64,000 nt of DNA, from assembly GCA_045604405.1 (NCBI GenBank), contig JAZUNZ010000018.1, positions 69,519-133,518 on the forward strand. Direction: 5' to 3'. Source of the stretch: Clostridia bacterium. Lineage in GTDB: Bacteria; Bacillota; Clostridia; TANB77; CAG-465. Below, in pieces: positions 50,421 through 61,401 of this stretch. Below the pieces are notes generated by a model. The model was not told the DNA's origin. It saw nothing but the letters and a program-made list of their open reading frames with translations, and searched no databases. Numbering within the stretch: the first letter of the stretch is position 1; each line of letters opens with the position of its first letter. A program made the position numbers and the translations under genes.

Positions 50421-50490
50421 TTAGCTCATTGTATGATATAATTATTCGCATAGTAAAAGACGTCACATTATAATTATAATTGGGGGAGTT

Positions 50491-50949
50491 ATGAAAATTT
50501 GGTTCTCGAATAAAGATTTAGAAGAAATATTCTTCGCTTGGAGAGAGTTGGAATTGACCAAAAAAGAAGAGCTGAAGGAACAACTGCAAGAGTTTAGAAG
50601 AATATGTAGCGATTATGCCGAGGGAATTATGCGTGGCAGAAAAAACTATGCTACGATATATAATAATTATATTGAAAAAGATGCAGATAAACTATCTCTG
50701 CTAAGTAATTTCCTCATGGATGTAAAGAATATTTCACCGGCGGCATATGAGTTCTTATGTGAAGGCTATGATATTATAAATCTTAAAGCTCTTTTAAATT
50801 TTAAAGATAAAACAGAGCAAGAGATAATAAATTTACTTTTCGAGTTAAAATCTTTTTCTATTTTCATCGAGCATGCGTTTATGAAAATATTGAAAGAAAC
50901 AGATGTAAATCGAAAGTTAAGAATACTTTGTGGTCTTATGGGACTATAG
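50491..50949 (+). CDS. hypothetical protein (152 aa)
   Basis: GGGGGAG RBS. Helical-looking protein. A terminator hairpin lies at 50958-50991. Confidence 0.5.
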   Translation: MKIWFSNKDLEEIFFAWRELELTKKEELKEQLQEFRRICSDYAEGIMRGRKNYATIYNNYIEKDADKLSLLSNFLMDVKNISPAAYEFLCEGYDIINLKALLNFKDKTEQEIINLLFELKSFSIFIEHAFMKILKETDVNRKLRILCGLMGL

Positions 50950-51031
50950 ACTCATAAAAAGATGTTAAACTAAAAAGTTTAGCATCTTTTTCTTGGCTTT
51001 AACATAAAAATAGTGTATAATATATATGTAT

Positions 51032-51389
51032 GGGGGTGTAATGGTTTCGACGAATTTCTTAAAGTACAGATAGCGAGTAGTGGATGGCTGCTTTGGCCAC
51101 TGAAAAAAAGCAGATTTTAAAATTACACGCTGATAATAGATTAGCAATGGCTGCTTAGTATAACAAGCGCCTGTTCATATAATTTTTGCCGTAGGGATTA
51201 TATGGGCATCGATTATACGGCTAACAAAGTTATCTTTGCTATTAAGATAATGGGTATTTAAATAGCTACCAAGTATAAGTTTTGTATTTATTACGAGTAT
51301 GAGGGAAAGTTTAAATAAATACTGCACTCGGAGAAGTTTGTATGTATATAGATTTTCGGACACGGGTTCAATTCCCGTCACCTCCACCA
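51032..51389 (+). ncRNA. ssrA: tmRNA (SsrA)
   Basis: 5' GGGGGTGTAATGGTTTCGACG. 3' tRNA-like end GGACACGGGTTCAATTCCCGTCACCTCCACCA. Putative tag ORF at 51129-51158 reads (A)DNRLAMAA*. A TATAAT lies about 12 nt upstream. Confidence 0.9.
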
Positions 51390-51420
51390 ATAACGAATCT
51401 TTTCGAACTACAGATACAAA

Positions 51421-51447
51421 AATCAATCAGAAATGGTTGATTTTTTT
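51421..51447 (+). terminator. ssrA terminator
   Basis: AATCAATC-agaaat-GGTTGATT followed by T7. Confidence 0.7.
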
Positions 51448-51589
51448 GTTTGCGAAAAATATTTTCTTAGTCAACGTGTATTGTCTCGCAGAGCCCACGA
51501 GTTTTGATAGCATGTCATAACTCATAGGGGAGAACGATTTAGTTAAGTACACTAAAATCATTCTCCCCTTAAAATAAGTCATTTCAATA

Positions 51590-53344
<1,755 letters not shown>

Positions 53345-53364
53345 CTAAAAATCTAATAAAATTT

Positions 53365-54907
<1,543 letters not shown>

Positions 54908-54953
54908 TTAAATATCCTTTCTTGCAGGTAGCAAGAAGCGACCAAAGGGAGCT

Positions 54954-54993
54954 GTTACATAACTTTCTTCGAAAGTATGTAACCCACTATGAC
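54954..54993 (-). other. candidate oriT / nick region
   Basis: The minus strand reads GTCATAGTGGGTTACATACTTTCGAAGAAAGTTATGTAAC. This is a 13-bp hairpin next to an ATAGTG(G/T)G-TTA core that resembles the pMV158-type oriT as I recall it. It lies directly upstream of mob. Confidence 0.45.
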
Positions 54994-55558
54994 ACTTTCA
55001 AAACTTCGTTTTGCAAAGATGTCGTGGGCTCCTAGCGGAGTGCTCATAAATTATCTAATCTTGCGATAGATAATTTATGTTTGGCTTCGCCAAATCAAAA
55101 TAATATTTTCATCTCCATTCAAATATTATTTTGACTACTGAAAAATTTTTTGCATACCTGCATAAAATTTTTTCAGTATCTTCTTGCTATGCTTCGTAAG
55201 AATATAGAGCAATACCTATATAGTCTTTTTTAGCATAACAAAAAGACCCATTAGGCACAACAAATAAAACTACTAATATTGCATTTTTTTGCAAAGTAGT
55301 GAATTTTATTTGAAACATGCTAATCGGTCTTAACCACTGCTGGACATTTTACAAACAATTCTTCTAAACCAGCCAAATATTTTTCACCGCATTGGGTTAA
55401 TAAGTTTCCTACAAATCTTAATTTTCATTTTTGGAGAAAGATAGAAAATAGTTTATTGTATCCCTTACTAACCAGTGTTTCGTGTCTATTAATTTTTCAG
55501 TGTACTATAAAATACATCTATTATATATCATCTTTTTATGTAAATGTCAACGAAATAA

Positions 55559-55587
55559 TTGAATTTTATGTTAAATTGTGATAAAAT
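55559..55587 (+). promoter_or_regulatory. candidate promoter of the cargo operon
   Basis: TTGAAT, 17-nt spacer, TAAAAT with TGA extension. About 190 nt upstream of the first start codon. Confidence 0.3.
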
Positions 55588-55774
55588 AGTTACGTAATTT
55601 CTATGATTTACCAATATTCTATCGTTTTTTAGTAAAATCATTACGATTATTGGGATAATTATAAATTTAAATAATAAGGAGGTTTTGTTTAAAGTTTTTT
55701 ATTTTTTTATTAATTGAATAACAAAGGTAATTTGAACTAATTTAACAACAGTAATTAGCACAAGGAGGGCTAGT

Positions 55775-56674
55775 ATGAAACAGGATTGTATTTTAATTGC
55801 CACTTTACCATCACTTAACAATATGGAAAAAGTGCAGAGAGTTTTTGAAAATCCTCATATTTCTGAGGTACGGTTCAATACAGGAGTGCAAACTGCTTAC
55901 TCTATAGAAGAAACTCTTGAAATGCTGAAAAAGCTATCCATAAAGCATAACAAAAAGCTTTGGATAGATATCAAAGGCAGACAATTAAGAGTTACCAAAT
56001 GGGCTGATCCTTTATACTCTTGTATAGAGTTAAGCCACAGAGTACAGGTTTTGTATCCTGCACAGATTTACTTTCGCAATGGTGATAGAGTAAACATTAC
56101 TCACATCAAAGATGGCAACAAGCTGTTTGTAGACCCGTTACCACGACAGGCTTTGGGAGCAGGACAATCTGTTAATATTATTGCCAAAGACATTGAAGTT
56201 GATGGCTATTTAACAGAGAAAGACAAGCAGTATTTAAGAGCTTGTAGAAAACTGGATTTGACCTATATAATGGCTTCTTTTGTAGAGACTTTTGATGACT
56301 TGGCACAAATTCTTCATATTTTGCCTAATGCTCAAATAGTATCGAAAATTGAGTCGTTAAAAGGAATGTCCTTTATTTCTCAGTACAATGTCCCTAATCT
56401 GATGGCTGCAAGAGATGATTTATATCTGCAGTCTGGACAAAATTACAGTATGCTGAATCACTTAAAGACTATCATCGAAAGAGATAGTGGAGCGATTTGT
56501 GCATCTAAAATTTTCTTGTCGTTAGAGAAGAGAGAAACTGTCGATTTTGCAGACTTTGCAGACTTGGAATTAATGTATAACATGGGGTATAGAAAATTCA
56601 TGTTATGCGACAATGTATGCAATTATAGTTTTGCAAAAGCAATACAAGCATGGGAGGAATTTATCAATGGATAG
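55775..56674 (+). CDS. pyruvate-kinase-like TIM-barrel phosphotransferase (barrel only, no C-terminal domain)
   Basis: AAGGAGGG RBS. Aligns by eye with PK motifs: RFNTG (RxNxSHG), WIDIKGRQLRV (DTKGPEIR), TEKD, IVSKIES (SKIEN), MAARDDLY (MVARGDLG). Confidence 0.7.
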   Translation: MKQDCILIATLPSLNNMEKVQRVFENPHISEVRFNTGVQTAYSIEETLEMLKKLSIKHNKKLWIDIKGRQLRVTKWADPLYSCIELSHRVQVLYPAQIYFRNGDRVNITHIKDGNKLFVDPLPRQALGAGQSVNIIAKDIEVDGYLTEKDKQYLRACRKLDLTYIMASFVETFDDLAQILHILPNAQIVSKIESLKGMSFISQYNVPNLMAARDDLYLQSGQNYSMLNHLKTIIERDSGAICASKIFLSLEKRETVDFADFADLELMYNMGYRKFMLCDNVCNYSFAKAIQAWEEFING

Positions 56675-58127
56675 TTTAATTTTATGCGGTATGCAGTTTG
56701 GAGATGAGGGAAAAGGAACTTTTGTTGATTACCTGGCACATGAAAAGAATATTGATTGTGTTGTTCGGTACAATGGTGGTTCACAAGCATCTCATACTGT
56801 AATCACACCTTCAGCGGTTGTTCATAAGTTTAGCCAGCTTGGTTCAGGTATGTTTTTGGAAAAATGCCATACATACTTAACAGAAAATATGGTAATAAAC
56901 TTGGACAATCTTCTCATTGAAATGGAAGTCTTTTCAAATAAAACTGGAATCTCAATTCCAGAATTAATGGATAGAATCCATATTCACGAAAATTGTTTTG
57001 TTGTAACACCGTATCATAAGCTGATTAATAAACTTAGAGAATTCTCTAAAGGAGCTAATCGTAGAGGAACGGTGGGAACAGGTGTAAGCGAAGTTAAATA
57101 CTTACTTTCTGAACCAAAGTGTTTTCCGTATGAACGACCTCTTGGATTGCAAGTAAAGGAGATTTTTAATCCTTATAGCAATAATCCAACTATAGGCAGA
57201 TTGGAAGCACTTCAGAATTATGTATCTGCATTTTACCAAAGCAACAAAGATGTTATTTGGCAAAATGTTCCTGAAGAAATGAAGGAGGCTTTGGAGAGAG
57301 AAATTTCATTTTTACTTGCACCTAAAGCATTCTTAACTCTTGCTTCAGACTATGCAATAAAATTCAAGCAAGCACCACGAGATGTTAACTTTAATAAATG
57401 TATATATAATGCATATGAGTTGACTCTCAGAAAGAATTGCGTAAGTGCTATATTTGAGGGTTCGCAAGGACTTTTGATTGATGGCACTTATGGAATAAAG
57501 CCAAATACTACTTTTCTTGATACAACAAATCATTTTGCACTTGATATTTCCTATTATAGAGATAATATCACTAAAGTAGGAATAACAAAAGCATTCAATT
57601 CAAGACATGGATTGGGAATATTTCCTACTGAATCATCGTATTTAAGTAGAAACATTTCTGATGATAATCAAGAAGAGTCTTTTTGGAACGGTAAAATTCG
57701 TTTCGGATGGTTTGATGCAGTATTGTTTAGATATGCTCAAAACATTAATCAGGTTGATGAATTATATTTATCTTCTCTTGATAAACTAGATGGTTTTGAA
57801 ACTATCAAAGTATGTAATGAGTATCTCTATAATGGTATTGTTGACGAAAGGTTTGACGAGTTGTTTGCTTATTCTACATCGCCTGATGGCAAGATAACTA
57901 TTACAGACATCAAAGGAAGTGGAGAGGATTTAGGCAAATATTTAGAAAGATGTGTTCCCATTTATCTTTATGTTAGAGGATGGAAATCAGATATATCAAA
58001 TATTTCTGATAAATCACAACTTCCTGAAAAATGCTTAAATTACATTCTTTTATTGGAAGAACTTACAAAACTTCCTATAACAGTTGTATCTGTAGGACCG
58101 ACTAGGAATAATAAAATAAGGATGTGA
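56667..58127 (+). CDS. divergent adenylosuccinate-synthetase (PurA)-family enzyme
   Basis: ATG follows GGGAGGA and overlaps the upstream stop (ATGGATAG). QFGDEGKGTFVD, VVRYNGGSQASHT, GSQGLLID, RFGWFD, VVSVGPTR. Confidence 0.8.
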   Translation: MDSLILCGMQFGDEGKGTFVDYLAHEKNIDCVVRYNGGSQASHTVITPSAVVHKFSQLGSGMFLEKCHTYLTENMVINLDNLLIEMEVFSNKTGISIPELMDRIHIHENCFVVTPYHKLINKLREFSKGANRRGTVGTGVSEVKYLLSEPKCFPYERPLGLQVKEIFNPYSNNPTIGRLEALQNYVSAFYQSNKDVIWQNVPEEMKEALEREISFLLAPKAFLTLASDYAIKFKQAPRDVNFNKCIYNAYELTLRKNCVSAIFEGSQGLLIDGTYGIKPNTTFLDTTNHFALDISYYRDNITKVGITKAFNSRHGLGIFPTESSYLSRNISDDNQEESFWNGKIRFGWFDAVLFRYAQNINQVDELYLSSLDKLDGFETIKVCNEYLYNGIVDERFDELFAYSTSPDGKITITDIKGSGEDLGKYLERCVPIYLYVRGWKSDISNISDKSQLPEKCLNYILLLEELTKLPITVVSVGPTRNNKIRM

Positions 58128-58131
58128 TGGG

Positions 58132-58746
58132 ATGAATGTTCAAGAAGAAATTAGTAAGTATCTGCTAAGTCACGATACAGTAAATGTTGTAATCGCAGGC
58201 ACTACGTGTTCTGGAAAAACAACTTTAGCCAATGAAATTCGGAATCATTTTTCGGATAGATATTCGGTTACACTAGTTGCTCAGGATGATTATTTTAAGA
58301 ATCTTCCTGATATTCCAAGAGTACGAGAAGGATATTTAACTGATTCTATTGAAGCCTTTCATACTATTGAGTTCAAGCACGATGTGCAAAAGTTGCTTAC
58401 AAATGGAGTTGCTACAATGCCGAGATATGACATTGCTACAAACACAAGAGTAAGCAAAAACAAAATAGTAAGGGCTGGTAGGATTAATGTCTTTGAGGGC
58501 TTGCATACAATTCAGCTTTTAGGTGAGTTAGATAACTGTATTAAGATTTTCGTTGATACAGATATCGATATTTGCTTAAAAAGAAGAATTGCAAGAGACA
58601 CATCGAAATTTGGCGTACCTGAAGTAAGAATACGTCAGTATTGGAATGACTGTGTAAAACCTATGTGCGAGAGATTTATCTTTCCGCAAAAGGAAGATGC
58701 AGACATCACCATAGATCGTAAAGGCGGTGAATTTAATGACAGTTAA
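58132..58746 (+). CDS. uridine kinase / phosphoribulokinase-family P-loop nucleoside kinase
   Basis: Walker A IAGTTCSGKTT. DDYF, PRYD, VFEGLH, IFVDTDIDICLKRRIARD match the Udk pattern. Confidence 0.75.
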   Translation: MNVQEEISKYLLSHDTVNVVIAGTTCSGKTTLANEIRNHFSDRYSVTLVAQDDYFKNLPDIPRVREGYLTDSIEAFHTIEFKHDVQKLLTNGVATMPRYDIATNTRVSKNKIVRAGRINVFEGLHTIQLLGELDNCIKIFVDTDIDICLKRRIARDTSKFGVPEVRIRQYWNDCVKPMCERFIFPQKEDADITIDRKGGEFNDS

Positions 58747-59779
58747 GCAAATCTATGAAAAGCTGTTGCAGGCAAAACGACCTATTGAATTCTTTGGTGA
58801 AATGTCTACAGATGATGAGTTAAAAAAAGCATACAAACAATATGCAAAAAAAATTCATCCAGACATTGTACCTGATAAGGATAAATACATTGCAGGTGAA
58901 GCTTTTTCAGTCCTGAATAAATTATACAATTTAGGATTAAGCGAATTAGAGCAAGGTATTTATGGTATCGTTGATCCTGTTCAGATTTACAAGCACATGA
59001 CACCTTTATTTGAAATTACAATAAAAGGTGAATTGTATCAGTTCTATGAGAATGTGTTTGAGGGAGAAGTTGGTTATATTTTTAAGGGAACTTCAGCTAA
59101 TGATATTGTTTACTTGAAAGTGGCAATTGATCCTGATGACAATGATTTGATTAATACTGAATACAATGTGCTTTCTACCTTAAGGCATCAATCACTTCCG
59201 TATGTTGAGCAAAAAATCATGGTAAATGATACAAATGCTATTCTTATGCGTGAAGTAAAAGGTGTAACAATGCCCGAATTAATGGGGCAATACGCAAGAG
59301 GAGTTCCTGCTGAACATGTTATGTGGATGTTGGAAAGACTTTTGAGTGTTGTAGGCTATTTACATTCAAACCGTGTAGTACATGGAAATATAAAACCTGA
59401 AAATATCATTATTAACAAAGATAATCATAATGTATCGTTGTTAGGATTTTCGTTTTGTATTCCAAATGCTAATACTTCGGAAGCTCAGTATAAGATCATA
59501 AATGATTTTTATACAGCTCCTGAGGTAAAGAAGACTGCTAGAGTCTTACCATCTTCGGATGTTTATTCTATAGGTAAGATTGCAATTAAACTTTTAGGAG
59601 GTGACGTTGTTAGTAACGGAATGCCGATTTCTGTAGATGCGAGAGTTCGAGCATTTATCAGAAAAATGGTAAGTAGTACCCCATCTGATAGACCAGATGA
59701 TGCATGGAAACTTTGGAGTGAGCTTGCAAAGCTCAGAACTGAAGTTTTTGGAACCCAAAGATTCAAAAAAATAGATTAA
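58736..59779 (+). CDS. J-domain protein fused to a Hanks-type (pseudo)kinase domain
   Basis: J domain: DDELKKAYKQYAKKIHPD...FSVLNKLY. Kinase fold: VYLKVAI, HGNIKPENIII (HRD Asp -> Asn), LLGFSF (DFG Asp absent), TAPE, DVYSIGK. The start may be GTG at 58727. Confidence 0.75.
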   Translation: MTVKQIYEKLLQAKRPIEFFGEMSTDDELKKAYKQYAKKIHPDIVPDKDKYIAGEAFSVLNKLYNLGLSELEQGIYGIVDPVQIYKHMTPLFEITIKGELYQFYENVFEGEVGYIFKGTSANDIVYLKVAIDPDDNDLINTEYNVLSTLRHQSLPYVEQKIMVNDTNAILMREVKGVTMPELMGQYARGVPAEHVMWMLERLLSVVGYLHSNRVVHGNIKPENIIINKDNHNVSLLGFSFCIPNANTSEAQYKIINDFYTAPEVKKTARVLPSSDVYSIGKIAIKLLGGDVVSNGMPISVDARVRAFIRKMVSSTPSDRPDDAWKLWSELAKLRTEVFGTQRFKKID

Positions 59780-59792
59780 GGAGGATTTTATC

Positions 59793-60758
59793 ATGGGTGG
59801 TTCTAGTTATGACAGAGACGTTTACGAAGAAAGCTCCAGCTCGGGCTGGGGAAGTTCTTACGGCAGTAGTTTTGGGACAAGTTCTGAATCTGCAAAGAAG
59901 TTTACAAGCACTACTTTGCATAGTTCGATGAATCCCAACGGCAAAATCTTGAAGAGCAACTCTAAGTCACCTATTATCGTAGTGCTTGACGTGACTGGCT
60001 CTAATATTGATTTTGCAAGAGTAGTTTACGACAAATTACCGATGTTTTACGGACAGATTGAGCAGAAAGGTTATCTGGAAGACTTCGAGATTTCTTTCTG
60101 TGCAGTGGGTGATGCATATCACGATGAATATCCGTTGCAGATTGGTGACTTCGCAAAAGGCATTGAGCTTGATTCTTGGCTTGAGAAAGTTGTCCTTGAA
60201 GGTGGCGGTGGTGCATTTGGAGAAGAATCCTATGAGCTTGCTGCATATTATCTGCTTAAAAATGCGGAATTCGAAAAAGGAGCTAAGCCTATTATCTTCT
60301 TTATTGGAGATGAAAAGCCGTATCCTACTGTGGATCGTTCGCAGGCAGAGAAATTTGGAATTGAATTTTTCCAGAGTGTAGAACCTTTTGGAGAGCTTCG
60401 GAAAAAAGTTAATGATAACGTATTTCTGTTGCTTAACAAAGCTTGCGGAAAATACTTCAAAGATGATATCACATCTTGCTGGGAAAAGCTTTTAGCACCT
60501 GAGCACGTGATTAAAATCAGCGAAGAAAAAGCAATTATCGACTTGATGTTGGGAGTTATTTCGATGGTTTCTTCGGCAAGAACTCTTGAAACATACAAAG
60601 TTGATATGCTTGACAGAGGTCAGACACAGGCAAGAATCGAAGGTGTTTCGAAATCCCTTGCAGGATTGTCGACTGCTCTTGTTCCTGTTAAGGTTACTGG
60701 AGCTATTGCAAAAACTGCAAGTGATAAGAAGAGCACTCAGAAAGGAAAAAGACTTTAA
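59793..60758 (+). CDS. von Willebrand factor A (vWA)-like protein with Ser/Gly-rich N-terminus
   Basis: AAGGAGGA RBS. IIVVLDVTGSN (DxTxS MIDAS-like), GGGG...ES, IFFIGDEKP. Called by architecture. Confidence 0.6.
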   Translation: MGGSSYDRDVYEESSSSGWGSSYGSSFGTSSESAKKFTSTTLHSSMNPNGKILKSNSKSPIIVVLDVTGSNIDFARVVYDKLPMFYGQIEQKGYLEDFEISFCAVGDAYHDEYPLQIGDFAKGIELDSWLEKVVLEGGGGAFGEESYELAAYYLLKNAEFEKGAKPIIFFIGDEKPYPTVDRSQAEKFGIEFFQSVEPFGELRKKVNDNVFLLLNKACGKYFKDDITSCWEKLLAPEHVIKISEEKAIIDLMLGVISMVSSARTLETYKVDMLDRGQTQARIEGVSKSLAGLSTALVPVKVTGAIAKTASDKKSTQKGKRL

Positions 60759-60787
60759 TCAAAACAATTATTAATAATTTATGATTA

Positions 60788-60821
60788 GCACAAGGCACAC
60801 TAGATTTAGTGTGCCTTTGTG
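60788..60821. terminator. strong hairpin after the cargo operon
   Basis: GCACAAGGCACACTA-gatt-TAGTGTGCCTTGTGC (15-bp perfect stem), between the convergent vWA and tnpV genes. T tail is weak. Confidence 0.55.
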
Positions 60822-60831
60822 CTTGTAAATT

Positions 60832-61194
60832 CTAATTATAAATATATCTTTCAAAAATTATTTCTTCCACAGAACTTTTTATATTATTCATTTTTTGTAC
60901 CCATTCCAGTTGATTATTAGCTTTTAATTCCTCTGTTATATTTTCTTTTTCTGCAAATTGTTTCATTAAAAGTTCAAATTGCTTTTGACATTCTATATCA
61001 ATATTATATAAATGTTCATCTAATTTATTATCCATAAACAAAATAATATATTCGGCTTTTTTATGATTTTTTAAATAATTCAATCTCATTCTTCCATATT
61101 TACCCAAATGATAATTTTTAAATTTATTTTCTTCAAGCTTTAAGTTTGGTAAATAATAATCTCCAACTTTGTTATATGTAATTTTATTATTCAT
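60832..61194 (-). CDS. tnpV: TnpV-family transposon protein
   Basis: ATG at 61194 follows AGGAGGA. YYLPNL...GKYGRMRLNYL...ITEELKANNQLEWVQKMNNI matches the TnpV pattern of Tn4451-type elements. Confidence 0.7.
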   Translation of the reverse strand: MNNKITYNKVGDYYLPNLKLEENKFKNYHLGKYGRMRLNYLKNHKKAEYIILFMDNKLDEHLYNIDIECQKQFELLMKQFAEKENITEELKANNQLEWVQKMNNIKSSVEEIIFERYIYN

Positions 61195-61401
61195 TTCAAA
61201 AATCCTCCTAAAATTTAATTTCACTACTTTTAGAACTATAAATTTATATCTGTTTTGCTGTCTAAAATTTAAAGTGTACTTAACTTAAGTCTACTGGGTT
61301 AGGACATATGACACAGTCAAAGTCGCTTCTAAAGTATTGAATTTTTAACATAAATATAGTATGATATACACACAATTTAATAATAGAAAGTGGGGATAAG
61401 T

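Noticed and set aside
51175-51520. ORFs 51175..51426 (-) and 51299..51520 (+).
   Set aside because: They overlap the tmRNA gene and its terminator. The region is explained by ssrA (tRNA-like ends, tag ORF).
55329-55428. Minus-strand fragment starting MKIKICRKLINPMR*. An out-of-frame continuation reads like real protein (...GEKYLAGLEELFVKCPAVVKTD*).
   Set aside because: It may be a frameshifted gene remnant between oriT and the cargo operon. It is too short and ambiguous to call.
55676-55717. Strong orphan Shine-Dalgarno (TAAGGAGG) in the long 5' leader of the cargo operon, followed by a 10-codon TTG-initiated ORF (LFKVFYFFIN*).
   Set aside because: The TTG is only 2 nt from the SD, which is too close for normal initiation. 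A leader peptide or attenuator is possible but unsupported.
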